Shown here piece after piece: positions 27,701 to 37,365 of a DNA stretch of 64,000 nucleotides (position 1 is its first letter; every line of letters begins with the position of its first letter). Source of the stretch: Chlamydiota bacterium (GTDB lineage: Bacteria > Chlamydiota > Chlamydiia > Chlamydiales > RGXB01); contig VGMF01000005.1 of NCBI GenBank assembly GCA_016866475.1, positions 37,340 through 101,339 of the forward strand, in the 5' to 3' direction. A program made the translations under genes and the position numbers. The notes beneath the pieces were generated by a model. That model searched no databases and was not told the DNA's origin. It saw only the letters and a list, made by a program, of their open reading frames with translations.

Positions 27701-30211
27701 ATGTATGCTATGCGTCTAAGGGTAAAAATACTCTCATTGGTAAGCCTTGTCTGCGTTGTGGGCTTTATTACCTATATCGTGGTGCAGCAGCTCACAATAT
27801 CCAGAAAACTCGGGAGCGCAGAAATAAATGTTGAACAAGAGATCATTAGGCAAAACGAGGAGAAAAGGGAAAATCTAGAGCGCTACTTGCGTTCGGTCCT
27901 TTCTGATACCCAGGTACGGACAAACATGCTGTTGATGAAAATCAATCAGTATGAATACGTCAAAGAGCAATTTCTCCCGACACCGGAGAATTATGCCAAA
28001 GGAGCGTGGTTTGCCTCTGCGTCCTCATTTCTTTTGAATCCGTCGATTGAGTTTATCCAGGTCGAAAACGAGGATAGAATTGCTTCTCTCTTTGCGATGC
28101 ACCCCCCCTACGTAGACGGTTTTTGGCATTTTACAGGGGCTCCGGGTGTTGAGATATTCGCAAAATATGACTCTCAAGGAAACGTTTTGGGTCCGTTTAT
28201 TGGAATTCCGGTTTGGATGGGGTCTGAAGTCAACTACAGCTCTTTCAATATTCCGGGCTTAGGAGAGCAACCAGAGGGTGCCTCTTTTTGGCTTTTATTC
28301 AATCCAAAAGACATACTAGATTTGGATGTTTCCAATCTTAAAGCTACCGTATTCGAAAATCCGATCAAACCCGTGCAAATCAGCGTTTGGGTAAAAAATG
28401 ATCCTTGTTTTCAAGCTATTTGCCAGACAACGATAGAGAGTTTAAAAAAAGTTCATAGCGCTTTACTGACTAACGAATCGAAAGAGCTTTACCAAATTCT
28501 GGATTCACCGGATGCCTCCACATGGCTCAAAAATAAACTAGATCCGTTGAGATCCCAGATCAAGAAAGGGGAAACGATCTATGAAAAACTAGAGCGCATC
28601 TCCGAGGATTCATTGGATAATCAGGATATTATACCGATCCGTTATGAGGAGATGAGTAGGAATTGGGATTTACATCGGTTTATTTGGCAGTTCAGCACCC
28701 TTTTTTTATCGGGGATTTTCGGCGATGATCCGATGGCCCCATCTGCACCGGACGGTTTTGCTAGGTTGGAAGGGAACTCCCCAAAAGGGGTTGGGTTTAT
28801 TTGGGAAGAGCTATCTCCGGACACCCCTTTCAAGCTCTTTGATCCTACAGGTATCAGCGGCGGATTTGATAACGATTTGGAGAAGTTAAATGGGGGGGTG
28901 GGGATCATTTACCATCCCACCGACAGCAGATTATATATTGGAAATAGATTGCAGCTCAATTATCTGGATCCTAAGACCAACAAAAACCGTTCCGGTGGAA
29001 TCATGTTGGGGATTGATGCTTCTAAATTTTTACAAAAAGTTGCCGTTGCCACACAGGAGTCGATATTTTTGATTGTCAACGACCAGGTCTTGAGGGGTTA
29101 CAAACCTGACGGGTCTGTAGAAAATACAATCACGTTTAACACCGATATCATCCAAAAAATCAAAAAAGTACCTAATGGAGTCACAACCGACGCGCTTGGA
29201 AATGAGTATATTTTCTTTAGGATTCAACCTTATGAAGATATGGATATGGATCTATTTGTCTTTAAGTTGCGAAGTAGCGAGATACAGATTTTACAAGGCT
29301 TAGCACGTGACATAAAGGATCTTCTCCGCTCTTTGACCGAAGAAATGTACATTTTTGGTATTTTATTATCGATTTCGATCGTGGCTGTTTTGTGGTATTT
29401 GCTCCGCTCGGTATTAAAGCCAATCTCCTTTCTTGCGGATGCGGTGCAATCGGTGGGTAGCGGAAACGGAAAAGAGTTTGTATTTCAGGGAAATTATGAA
29501 AATGAGCCGGATGAACTAAGATCTCTTTTTACCAATTTCGAAGCTATGGTGAAGCGGATTCGAGAGGGGGAACGGACAAGAAACGTTCTGCATAAGTTTT
29601 TAGCCCCCGAAATTGCCGATAAGCTCCTTTCGGACGAAAGTTCGCTCCATGGCAAACAGGTGCTCGCAACTATATTCTTTTTTGATTTCAGAAAATTTAC
29701 CTCAAAGACCGAGACGATGCCGGCAGATCAGATGGTTTTGATGCTCAACACCTATTTTAATGAAATAGTCCATATCTTAAAAAAATATGGAGGGATGATT
29801 GATAAATTTGAGGGGGATGCCGTCCTAGCACTGTGGGGTGTCCCTGACGAGCATCCCGATGGGCCATTAAAAGCCGTGAGGGCAGCTATAGAAATGCAGA
29901 GCCGGATAAAAGAGCTTAACGAAATCCGAAAAAAAGAGTTCAAGGTTGTCCTAGAGGCAGGGATAGGGATCCATTACGCTAAAGTTACCGAGGGTATCAT
30001 GGGGTCTGAAGACCACAGTGAATTTACCGTAATCGGTTCTGCTGTGAATGTCACCTCCAGGGTTTGTGATGAGGCGAACGAGGGGGAAATTTGGATCACC
30101 ACAAATGTATATGACAACGTCGTAGGGCAGGTCGATGCAGACTGTATGGGGGAGAGGACGTTCCAAGGCGTTTCACAACCCTACATGCTTTACAAGGTAC
30201 ACCTTGCATAG
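27701..30211 (+). CDS. transmembrane sensor class III adenylate/guanylate cyclase (TM, about 500-aa periplasmic domain, TM, HAMP-like linker, cyclase homology domain)
   Basis: TM1 ILSLVSLVCVVGFITYIVV. TM2 IFGILLSISIVAVLWYLL. Cyclase homology domain motifs ATIFFFDFRKFTS, KFEGDAVLALWGVP, GIGIHYAKVTEGIMGS and EFTVIGSAVNVTSRV. Confidence 0.8.
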   Translation: MYAMRLRVKILSLVSLVCVVGFITYIVVQQLTISRKLGSAEINVEQEIIRQNEEKRENLERYLRSVLSDTQVRTNMLLMKINQYEYVKEQFLPTPENYAKGAWFASASSFLLNPSIEFIQVENEDRIASLFAMHPPYVDGFWHFTGAPGVEIFAKYDSQGNVLGPFIGIPVWMGSEVNYSSFNIPGLGEQPEGASFWLLFNPKDILDLDVSNLKATVFENPIKPVQISVWVKNDPCFQAICQTTIESLKKVHSALLTNESKELYQILDSPDASTWLKNKLDPLRSQIKKGETIYEKLERISEDSLDNQDIIPIRYEEMSRNWDLHRFIWQFSTLFLSGIFGDDPMAPSAPDGFARLEGNSPKGVGFIWEELSPDTPFKLFDPTGISGGFDNDLEKLNGGVGIIYHPTDSRLYIGNRLQLNYLDPKTNKNRSGGIMLGIDASKFLQKVAVATQESIFLIVNDQVLRGYKPDGSVENTITFNTDIIQKIKKVPNGVTTDALGNEYIFFRIQPYEDMDMDLFVFKLRSSEIQILQGLARDIKDLLRSLTEEMYIFGILLSISIVAVLWYLLRSVLKPISFLADAVQSVGSGNGKEFVFQGNYENEPDELRSLFTNFEAMVKRIREGERTRNVLHKFLAPEIADKLLSDESSLHGKQVLATIFFFDFRKFTSKTETMPADQMVLMLNTYFNEIVHILKKYGGMIDKFEGDAVLALWGVPDEHPDGPLKAVRAAIEMQSRIKELNEIRKKEFKVVLEAGIGIHYAKVTEGIMGSEDHSEFTVIGSAVNVTSRVCDEANEGEIWITTNVYDNVVGQVDADCMGERTFQGVSQPYMLYKVHLA

Positions 30212-30450
30212 GAAATTATAGAAGGAGCCTTTAAAAAAATTCGATGTAACCTGTTTGATCTAATAGTCCCTTTTTTATATTAGCTTGGATCGATAAAACA
30301 ATTTGTTTTCACTTCAATTTTTTGGCTAAAAATTCTCCCTAGCGTATTTTAAGATGCGGTTTAAAAATTTTATGAAAAAAGATGCCAAAAATGGTATATT
30401 AATGATCCAATAAAGTTTCGACAGAATTCTACTTGGTATAAAGCGCACGT

Positions 30451-31308
30451 ATGGTCACTTTTTTTTTAGTTGTTGCCTGTAGCTTAAGTATTTCTTGGGC
30501 TTTTTACCTCCGAAGCCAACTCAAGATGTCTTTAATGCAACGAAGAGAAGAGGGGATGGTCTTAAGGCAGGAGCGACTCGATGTGGGGCGCGATTTTGTA
30601 GCAAATGCCTCTCATGAACTACGCACGCCGATCACGATCATCAAAGGATTTTTGGAAACTATGCGCGATATGCCTGAAATCTCGCAGGACCTTTTCAATG
30701 AGATTTTAACGAAGATGTTAAGAAGTTGCGAAAGAATGGAGTCTTTAGTAAAGAGTCTTCTAATTCTTGCGGATCTGGAGAACTGCCCAAAAGGGGGATT
30801 TGAAGATTGTGATATGGTTCAAATCGTAGATGAGGTGAGTTACAACCTGATCTCTTTGCACCAACAAGCCACGATCGAAACATACCTTAAGGATGAGAAG
30901 ATTCGGATTTGGGCCAACACCGATTTAATGGAACTTGCGTTGAGAAATCTTTTAGAAAATGCTGTGAAATATTCCAAGGGGTTGCCAAGGATTGTGATCC
31001 GATTAGAGGTTACCGAAACTACCTGTAGGATTCGGGTAAGAGATGAGGGGATGGGAATTCCTCAAAAAGATCTACCACACCTTTTTGACCGGTTTTATAC
31101 CGTCGATAAGACCCACTCTCGCCGTTTAGGGGGTGCCGGATTGGGGTTATCTATCGTCAAAAAGATCGTTGAAAATCATAAAGGGACAATCAGGGTGGAT
31201 TCTACATACCAGGAGTGGACCGAATTTGTGATGGAACTTCCTTTGTTGCAGCAGATTTCTTTAGCGGATATGTACGCAACATACCGCGAGCCTCAAGGTG
31301 CAGTTTAG
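30451..31308 (+). CDS. sensor histidine kinase (single N-terminal TM, HisKA plus HATPase_c)
   Basis: H-box ANASHELRTPIT. N-box LLENAVKYS. G-boxes DEGMGIP and GGAGLGLSIVKKIV. Confidence 0.85.
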   Translation: MVTFFLVVACSLSISWAFYLRSQLKMSLMQRREEGMVLRQERLDVGRDFVANASHELRTPITIIKGFLETMRDMPEISQDLFNEILTKMLRSCERMESLVKSLLILADLENCPKGGFEDCDMVQIVDEVSYNLISLHQQATIETYLKDEKIRIWANTDLMELALRNLLENAVKYSKGLPRIVIRLEVTETTCRIRVRDEGMGIPQKDLPHLFDRFYTVDKTHSRRLGGAGLGLSIVKKIVENHKGTIRVDSTYQEWTEFVMELPLLQQISLADMYATYREPQGAV

Positions 31309-32137
31309 GATCTAATACGATCAGCTCTACCCCTTCGCTAGCATTCCTCTTTAAGAGCCCATCCGATAGAAGCTGGAACACACGCGGATCTTGTTTAGGA
31401 TTTGTTGAAAAAAGTTCTTTTAGATCTTTAGTGTTACAGTAAGGGGAGCTCTCATCCGATTCCAAAAATCGTCTCGATTCCTCTTCAAGAATTTTTTGCG
31501 CCCCTTCGGAGCCAAAAATTGCGATGAGAAGAGGTAGGGAGGCGTATGGAGAGGAGATGGGGCTTCTTTGGGACTTATGATAGAGCTCTAAATAGTCCCC
31601 TAAGGGGGGATAGGCATTTTTTTTCTCGAAACAATAGCCGCAAGTACCTTCAAGAGCTTTATGGAGTTGATTGGAGGGATTTGGCAGATCATAGACCGAA
31701 AAGGTGGCTATATCGGGTTGTTGTTTGATCAAAAGAAATCCCTTTTCTAGAATTTCCTCCAGTAGAGATTCTGCATCAAACCCAAGGGTGCTTGGGTATA
31801 AAGAGGTAAGAAATTGGGTTGCCACCTCTTTTAGTACCGGGTCATTTTTAAAAAAAAGGGGTTTTATGTAGAGCCTCGCATTTAAAAGAACCCCTTTTTG
31901 ACGATGATTTTGGAATGTTTTTATGACCCCCGACGAACCTTTCCCCCCCTTTTTTTTCTTTTGAGGGAGAGAATCAAAAAAACTATCTACTGAGGCATTG
32001 AGAAATTCTTGGTCGATCAAAAGGTGCTCTTGAATGCGCCCTTGAAAATGGACCATTTGGCGGACCTCTTTTTGCAACGTGAGTGCCAGCATCGAGAGGA
32101 TGAAGAAGACAGATAGGACAAACGGGATCAATTGCAT
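31202..32137 (-). CDS. hypothetical membrane-anchored protein (last gene of the pseudopilin operon; GspK-like by size and position only)
   Basis: N-terminal TM FVLSVFFILSMLALTL. 311 aa. The start is 10 nt downstream of the pseudopilin stop. The 3-prime end overlaps the convergent histidine kinase by about 107 nt. Confidence 0.45.
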   Translation of the reverse strand: MQLIPFVLSVFFILSMLALTLQKEVRQMVHFQGRIQEHLLIDQEFLNASVDSFFDSLPQKKKKGGKGSSGVIKTFQNHRQKGVLLNARLYIKPLFFKNDPVLKEVATQFLTSLYPSTLGFDAESLLEEILEKGFLLIKQQPDIATFSVYDLPNPSNQLHKALEGTCGYCFEKKNAYPPLGDYLELYHKSQRSPISSPYASLPLLIAIFGSEGAQKILEEESRRFLESDESSPYCNTKDLKELFSTNPKQDPRVFQLLSDGLLKRNASEGVELIVLDPKLHLEARGMLRTYPLKKSAATKEVPSQIRSTPGM

Positions 32138-32147
32138 AGCATTTACC

Positions 32148-32735
32148 TCAATTAGGTGCTAAATGAAGGGATAGAGTGGTAGTCTCATCTATCAGTACTG
32201 GCAGGCTCACATCAAATGAGGTTTTGTTAGATTTGAAACGGAGTGCATAGGGGACAAAATTTTTATTGGATGTTGAGGTGTCGATCTCCACAAAAGTTTT
32301 TTTGTTCTCTTGAAAAAGAAACCCTAAAAGCCCAATCGAAAAATCGCCCCCGTTTTCAATCAAAACAAAGCTGTCCAAAATCTGGTTTTCCGAGTCGGTC
32401 TTTTCTAAAACAAGATCTGCATTGCGTTTGTATATTTTAACAAAAATCAAAGGGTGGGCATTTGCTTCTAGACCTAGAGGTGAATAGGCAAATTTAAGGG
32501 TTGTAGATGCAAGTTCGATAGGGGACGCAACAAAATCGATCAAACGGGCCATTCTTTGCAACGATACTATGTTTTGCTCTGTCCTGGAGCCAAGGGTCTT
32601 TTCCACGTTTTTTGAGGAAAAACTAAAAAAACAGATCCAGTTTGATAAAACATAGATGATCGTACCACAAAGGAGCAGGGAAATGAGAGCCTCTATAAGG
32701 CTAAATCCTTTTTTGGACTTTGTCTTAAATTCCAT
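32148..32735 (-). CDS. type II secretion/type IV pilin-like pseudopilin (prepilin-type N-terminal cleavage/methylation motif)
   Basis: Leader MEFKTKSKKG, then FSLIEALISLLLCGTIIYVL: G at -1, F at +1, E at +5, then a hydrophobic helix. Confidence 0.65.
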   Translation of the reverse strand: MEFKTKSKKGFSLIEALISLLLCGTIIYVLSNWICFFSFSSKNVEKTLGSRTEQNIVSLQRMARLIDFVASPIELASTTLKFAYSPLGLEANAHPLIFVKIYKRNADLVLEKTDSENQILDSFVLIENGGDFSIGLLGFLFQENKKTFVEIDTSTSNKNFVPYALRFKSNKTSFDVSLPVLIDETTTLSLHLAPN

Positions 32736-32890
32736 CTGGCTAACAAGTATAGTTCGAATTGAACCATTTTCCTACAATTTTTTGCTTAAAACTTGCAAAG
32801 GAAATCAAAAAACTCTAGGTGCTTGTGAAACCTGATAAACCGCTAATCTGAGCCCAAGCGGTTTCACGGATAAAGAAGAAAATCTGGGCG

Positions 32891-34735
32891 CTAGGGTGTT
32901 TTATTGTCTTGCATCGCCATCAAGCCTAGAAGAACTGCGATAAAACCAAAGGCGGCCAGGCTTGTCCACTGGCTAAAAACGGCGACCGGATTTTCAGGCA
33001 AAAGGTTTGTTATGGTGAACAATGCGATCAGAACACCCATGCAGGCGTCCCCCGCCACAAGGCCCGATGCGGCTAAAATCCCCTTATGGGACGAACGTTT
33101 AAAATGCTCTGTGATAGCACGAATAGATCCGCCTACCATGATTGTTGTAGACAGATCAATCGGGAGATAAAGGCCTATCGCAAATGGAAGGATGGGAAGT
33201 TTCAAAAATGCTAGAATCAAACCCAAAAATACGCCGATCATCACAAAAATATAAGGGAGTTCCCCTTTAAGAATCCCTTTTGCAATGATAGATAAAAGGG
33301 TTGCTTGGGGCGCCGGAAGATCTGAAGAGCCCAGTCCATAAACCCCATTTAAAAGATTCAAGACGGAACCCATAATAAGAGCCGGTAAAATTAAGGCGAT
33401 CATTTCGGCAAGCTGTAGTTTTGCGGGGGTAGCGCCGAGAAGAAAACCGGTTTTTAAGTCCTGGGATGTTGCTGAAGCAAGGCAGATCGCAACGCTTATG
33501 AAAGCTACGATTGTAAGGCTCATGGAAAGGTAAATTTTTTCAGTCCATCCAAGGAGAAAGAAAAGTGTGCAACTAATTAGTAAAGAGGTGATGAGCATCC
33601 CGGATGTGGGGTTTGTTGAGCTACCAACCAGTCCCACTGTGATCGAAACTACCCCTGCAAAAAAGAAGGAGAGCAGGACGGTAAGAACCGTCGCCGTTAC
33701 GTTCATCCCAAATTGGGGAATAGCCCAAATAAGGAACATAGACACGATAGAGCCTAATAGGAGAAATCCTATAGGGATATCCCGGTCGGTACGAACAATA
33801 GCAGCATCGTGCTTTAACCCCTTCAAAATATCCCTGAAACCCTCGCATAAGGTCCGGACAGCGATCGGGGCAATTTTTACCAGACTAAAAACTCCTCCCA
33901 CAGCTACTGTACCGGCACCCACGTAACGGATATAATTACTCCAAATTCCGTCCGGACTTAACATATTTATCCCAACGTCTGCCGGGTAGATGATCTTATT
34001 TCCGCCGAATATGGTGATAAGGGGGATCAAGACCCACCAACCCATCAGCCCGCCCGCAAACATAAAACCGGCAATCCGCGGTCCGATGATATACCCGACT
34101 CCAATCAGCGAAGGGGTGGCCTCAAAAGAGAGCAGGCCGTTTGGTTTGAAAATCTCAAACTTAATGTTTTCCTGAAATAACCGAATACCGGAAACAAAAA
34201 ATTTAAAAACCGCCCCGATAGCGATACCGGCTCCCGCCAAAAGGGCCCCGTCATGTTCTTTTTCCTCCCCTGCCTGCAGGATTTGTGCACAGGCAGTCCC
34301 TTCGGGAAAAGAGAGCTTGCCGTGCTCTTTGATGATGATGTAACGTCTCATGGGAATCATTAAGAGGATGCCTGTAATCCCTCCTATGAGTATCAAAAGG
34401 AAGATTTCAAACGAGGATACTGTAAGCCCTAAAAAGAAAAAGGCGGGGAAAACAAAGATCACGCTAGCGGCGACGGCCTCACCAACCGAGGCCATAGTTT
34501 GGACCAGATTGTGTTCTAAAATAAACCCGTCTTTAAAAAAGAGCTTCATGATGGTCATGGAAAAAACGGCTGCGGGGATCGAGGCCGATATGGTCATACC
34601 TACCTTAAGGCCTAAATAAGCATTTCCGACCGCAAAAATAAATCCCAGAATGACACCAAGTATTGTCGCACGTAGAGTGAATTCTTTCGTTGACTGCTCA
34701 GGACTTATGTAAGGTTTGAATGCAGGTTCTTCCAT
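32891..34735 (-). CDS. OPT-family oligopeptide transporter
   Basis: N-terminal EFTLRATILGVILGFIFAVGNAYLGLKVGMTISASIPAAV, characteristic of bacterial OPT transporters. About 16 TM helices over 614 aa. Confidence 0.7.
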   Translation of the reverse strand: MEEPAFKPYISPEQSTKEFTLRATILGVILGFIFAVGNAYLGLKVGMTISASIPAAVFSMTIMKLFFKDGFILEHNLVQTMASVGEAVAASVIFVFPAFFFLGLTVSSFEIFLLILIGGITGILLMIPMRRYIIIKEHGKLSFPEGTACAQILQAGEEKEHDGALLAGAGIAIGAVFKFFVSGIRLFQENIKFEIFKPNGLLSFEATPSLIGVGYIIGPRIAGFMFAGGLMGWWVLIPLITIFGGNKIIYPADVGINMLSPDGIWSNYIRYVGAGTVAVGGVFSLVKIAPIAVRTLCEGFRDILKGLKHDAAIVRTDRDIPIGFLLLGSIVSMFLIWAIPQFGMNVTATVLTVLLSFFFAGVVSITVGLVGSSTNPTSGMLITSLLISCTLFFLLGWTEKIYLSMSLTIVAFISVAICLASATSQDLKTGFLLGATPAKLQLAEMIALILPALIMGSVLNLLNGVYGLGSSDLPAPQATLLSIIAKGILKGELPYIFVMIGVFLGLILAFLKLPILPFAIGLYLPIDLSTTIMVGGSIRAITEHFKRSSHKGILAASGLVAGDACMGVLIALFTITNLLPENPVAVFSQWTSLAAFGFIAVLLGLMAMQDNKTP

Positions 34736-34885
34736 TAAGTCTTACATAAATCAATAAGGGGCTTAATTGCAAAGCTATTTGAGATACTACTTTACTGCGA
34801 CGATCCAAGGAAGGTGGTCTAGAAGGCTTCAGGGCTTTTTTACAGTGTATTTTTTCAAAATTTTGGGGGGTGGATTCTAGGCTGG

Positions 34886-35272
34886 CTATTTTTTGGTTTT
34901 TACAATCAAGGTCGCTTCGCTGTTGTCCTCGAGGCCATCTTCGGACATCAGGTGTAAAAAAATTTTTACCCTGCAGAAGGTGTCCTCGGGGTCCAGGTTG
35001 AACGCAATCCGTCCTTCTCTGTGCTTAAAATTTTTTTTATTTAACTGAATGGTATCCCCATTTTTCACGATTTTTTTTTGCTCTAAATGGAGCATGAGAT
35101 CGTGGATAAAGATTTTTCTTTCTAGATAAAGGTGGAGTTTTTTTTGATTCATTTTCAATGATTTATAAAGAGAGCTCGGTACTTGCACCAAAGAAGAAAG
35201 GAGGAGGGCTACGAGCAAAAAGGCTATTAGGACTTCGACTAGCAGGAAGGATTTTCGTTTGATCTTTTTCAC
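34886..35272 (-). CDS. pseudopilin-like protein (degenerate prepilin motif; probable GTG start)
   Basis: From a GTG at complement 35270-35272 the product begins MKKIKRKS then FLLVEVLIAFLLVALLL (E at +5, Ser at -1 instead of Gly). The track ORF extends to an upstream ATG at 35344 that overlaps the divergent gene. Confidence 0.5.
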   Translation of the reverse strand: MKKIKRKSFLLVEVLIAFLLVALLLSSLVQVPSSLYKSLKMNQKKLHLYLERKIFIHDLMLHLEQKKIVKNGDTIQLNKKNFKHREGRIAFNLDPEDTFCRVKIFLHLMSEDGLEDNSEATLIVKTKK

Positions 35273-35320
35273 TGAATCGTTAATATCATAGCCTACTTCA
35301 GAGATTAACCAAAAGATAGA

Positions 35321-36286
35321 ATGAAAAAAGAGATCAAAGCACACTATAACCTTTTAAAAGCCCAGGTTGTTTGGGACCCGTCCACACCCCATGAAAAGTG
35401 GATGGTTGAAGACCTTTCTTATGTTTCCGATGCGGATCTTTTTAAACGTTTAGAGGAAATGAGAGTGCCGGTCACCGGGAAGAACCTTAAGGAATATTTG
35501 GAAGAGATTGAAACCCCCGAAGATTTTCTGGAAGCTGTTACCCTAGAAACAGACCCCCCCGAAAAAGTTGAGGCCGTATACCTGATTCTTTTTGAGTTAT
35601 TTAAAAGGAAAGCTTTTGATAAAGGGAGCCTGTCGGTTTTTGCCGATCTTTTGGATAGCTGCATCCATACCTATGAAGCAACTTCAGGAAAAAACTGGCC
35701 CGACATTGCTATCCACTTACATCAATTGCACCATATTTTGAGAGAAAATCTTGCAAATGTCAAAAATCCGGCCGAAATCCTTGAGAGAGTATCCCGATTT
35801 TTTGCCTACGACCTTGAGGGTTTCCTTTACGATTTTATTGCGGATCTCATAGACCGTTCTGAGGAAGTCCTTGCGCAACAATTCATAGATCTATTTTATG
35901 ACTATCTCACCAAATCCTATTGGTTTTCACTATTGGAATTCTATCTTAAAGGGAATGACGAAATCCGTCTGGAAAATCTTGTCGATGCGGCAAATGAGAA
36001 AAAAGATTTTGAATTTTCTTTAGAGGTGCTCCACCTTTTGAAAGAAGAGGAGAGCGACCGCTTTTTCCAACTGCTTTCCCATACGGTGGATATTTCAAAA
36101 GACGAAGCCGATTTCGTGGAACTGCTGACTATTGCTCAGGAGTTTTTCGAAGTCAAAGACAGACAAAGAGAGATAATCGAAATAAAAAAGATTCTTGACA
36201 GTCGGTCCCAGATTGATGAGAAGAGACGCATTCACCCACAAGATGCAGGTTGTACTCATTTAAAAAAAATCGTGGAGCGTACCTAA
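35321..36286 (+). CDS. hypothetical acidic alpha-helical protein
   Basis: 321 aa, Glu/Asp/Leu-rich, no motif recognised. Followed by a strong terminator. Confidence 0.5.
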   Translation: MKKEIKAHYNLLKAQVVWDPSTPHEKWMVEDLSYVSDADLFKRLEEMRVPVTGKNLKEYLEEIETPEDFLEAVTLETDPPEKVEAVYLILFELFKRKAFDKGSLSVFADLLDSCIHTYEATSGKNWPDIAIHLHQLHHILRENLANVKNPAEILERVSRFFAYDLEGFLYDFIADLIDRSEEVLAQQFIDLFYDYLTKSYWFSLLEFYLKGNDEIRLENLVDAANEKKDFEFSLEVLHLLKEEESDRFFQLLSHTVDISKDEADFVELLTIAQEFFEVKDRQREIIEIKKILDSRSQIDEKRRIHPQDAGCTHLKKIVERT

Positions 36287-36317
36287 AAAGGACGAAGTCG
36301 ATTTAAAAAAATAAAGC

Positions 36318-36348
36318 AAAAAAAGGGCCCCCAAAAGGCCCTTTTTTT
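36318..36348. terminator. bidirectional rho-independent terminator
   Basis: aaaaaGGGCCcccaaaaGGCCCttttttt between convergent genes 35321-36286 (+) and 36384-37124 (-). Confidence 0.7.
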
Positions 36349-36383
36349 ATATAAGGAGATTCCCCAAAGGGGTTATTAACCCA

Positions 36384-37124
36384 TCAAGGCAAAAATGCGA
36401 TCTGTTTGGGGCAAAAGTCGAGGTAATCGGCAGCTACCAGGTGGTAATGGACTGTATTTTTGATCCCATAAAGAGGGGTTTTTTTTGCGTTGTGGATGTG
36501 GCCGAAAAGGACATGTTGGATCTCATAACGTTCAAACATGTCAGAAAACCTGGATCCGGCCATCGTCGGCTCGATCGGAGGGTAATGTGTGAGGGCTATC
36601 CGTAATTTTCCCTCAGGCATTTTTTCTAAGCTGCTTTCGAGGCGCTCACATTCCGTAGCAAACGTTTTATTATCTAACTCGGTCAAGGGTTTTATTTCGG
36701 GCTTTGTACCCGGAACAAAGTCTATAATAGATTCGGAATTGATCTCGTTATTTTCCCATAATCGGGCCCCTCCGATCGATACATCAGAGATTTTGAGGGC
36801 ATTTTTGTTGATAAATGTGATGGAGGGGTCAAGAAATTCGGTCATTTTTTTATCCGAGGGCCACCAATAGTCATGATTTCCTTTCAGAAGTACTTTTTTC
36901 CCCGGAAGCTGATTTAAAAATTCAAAATCGGGTTTAGCCTCCTCAAGTGTCATGGCCCAGGAAATATCGCCCGGGATCAGGACTAAATCGTCGGGGCCTA
37001 CAACGCGATGGAAATTATCATGGAGTTTTTGTTCGTGATTCAGCCAGACTTGCCATTTGTCGCCCATCCTTTTTTTTGGCACCCCAAGAGCCAGGTGCAG
37101 GTCAGCGATTGCAAAGATATTCAT
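36384..37124 (-). CDS. calcineurin-like metallophosphoesterase
   Basis: Motifs IADLHL, GDISW and GNHDYWW. YPP and GHIH near the C-terminus. Confidence 0.8.
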   Translation of the reverse strand: MNIFAIADLHLALGVPKKRMGDKWQVWLNHEQKLHDNFHRVVGPDDLVLIPGDISWAMTLEEAKPDFEFLNQLPGKKVLLKGNHDYWWPSDKKMTEFLDPSITFINKNALKISDVSIGGARLWENNEINSESIIDFVPGTKPEIKPLTELDNKTFATECERLESSLEKMPEGKLRIALTHYPPIEPTMAGSRFSDMFERYEIQHVLFGHIHNAKKTPLYGIKNTVHYHLVAADYLDFCPKQIAFLP

Positions 37125-37365
37125 ACGACCTCTTTCGAAGCTTCATTGGATCATTTAAAGTCTATTTTTGGCATCTTTTTTCTTAAATTTTTCGACTGTA
37201 ATGACAAATACGTTCAAGAAAATTCCTGCAAAAAATTTGAACAATAATCGCTTATTTTATCTATCGAAGCAAGTCTATAAAAAGGGGGGTGCTTTTTTAC
37301 AGGTTCAGCTAAAAATTTTGAACGGAGTAAGATTTGAATACAAAGGAAATCTCGGCCCCAAAGTT

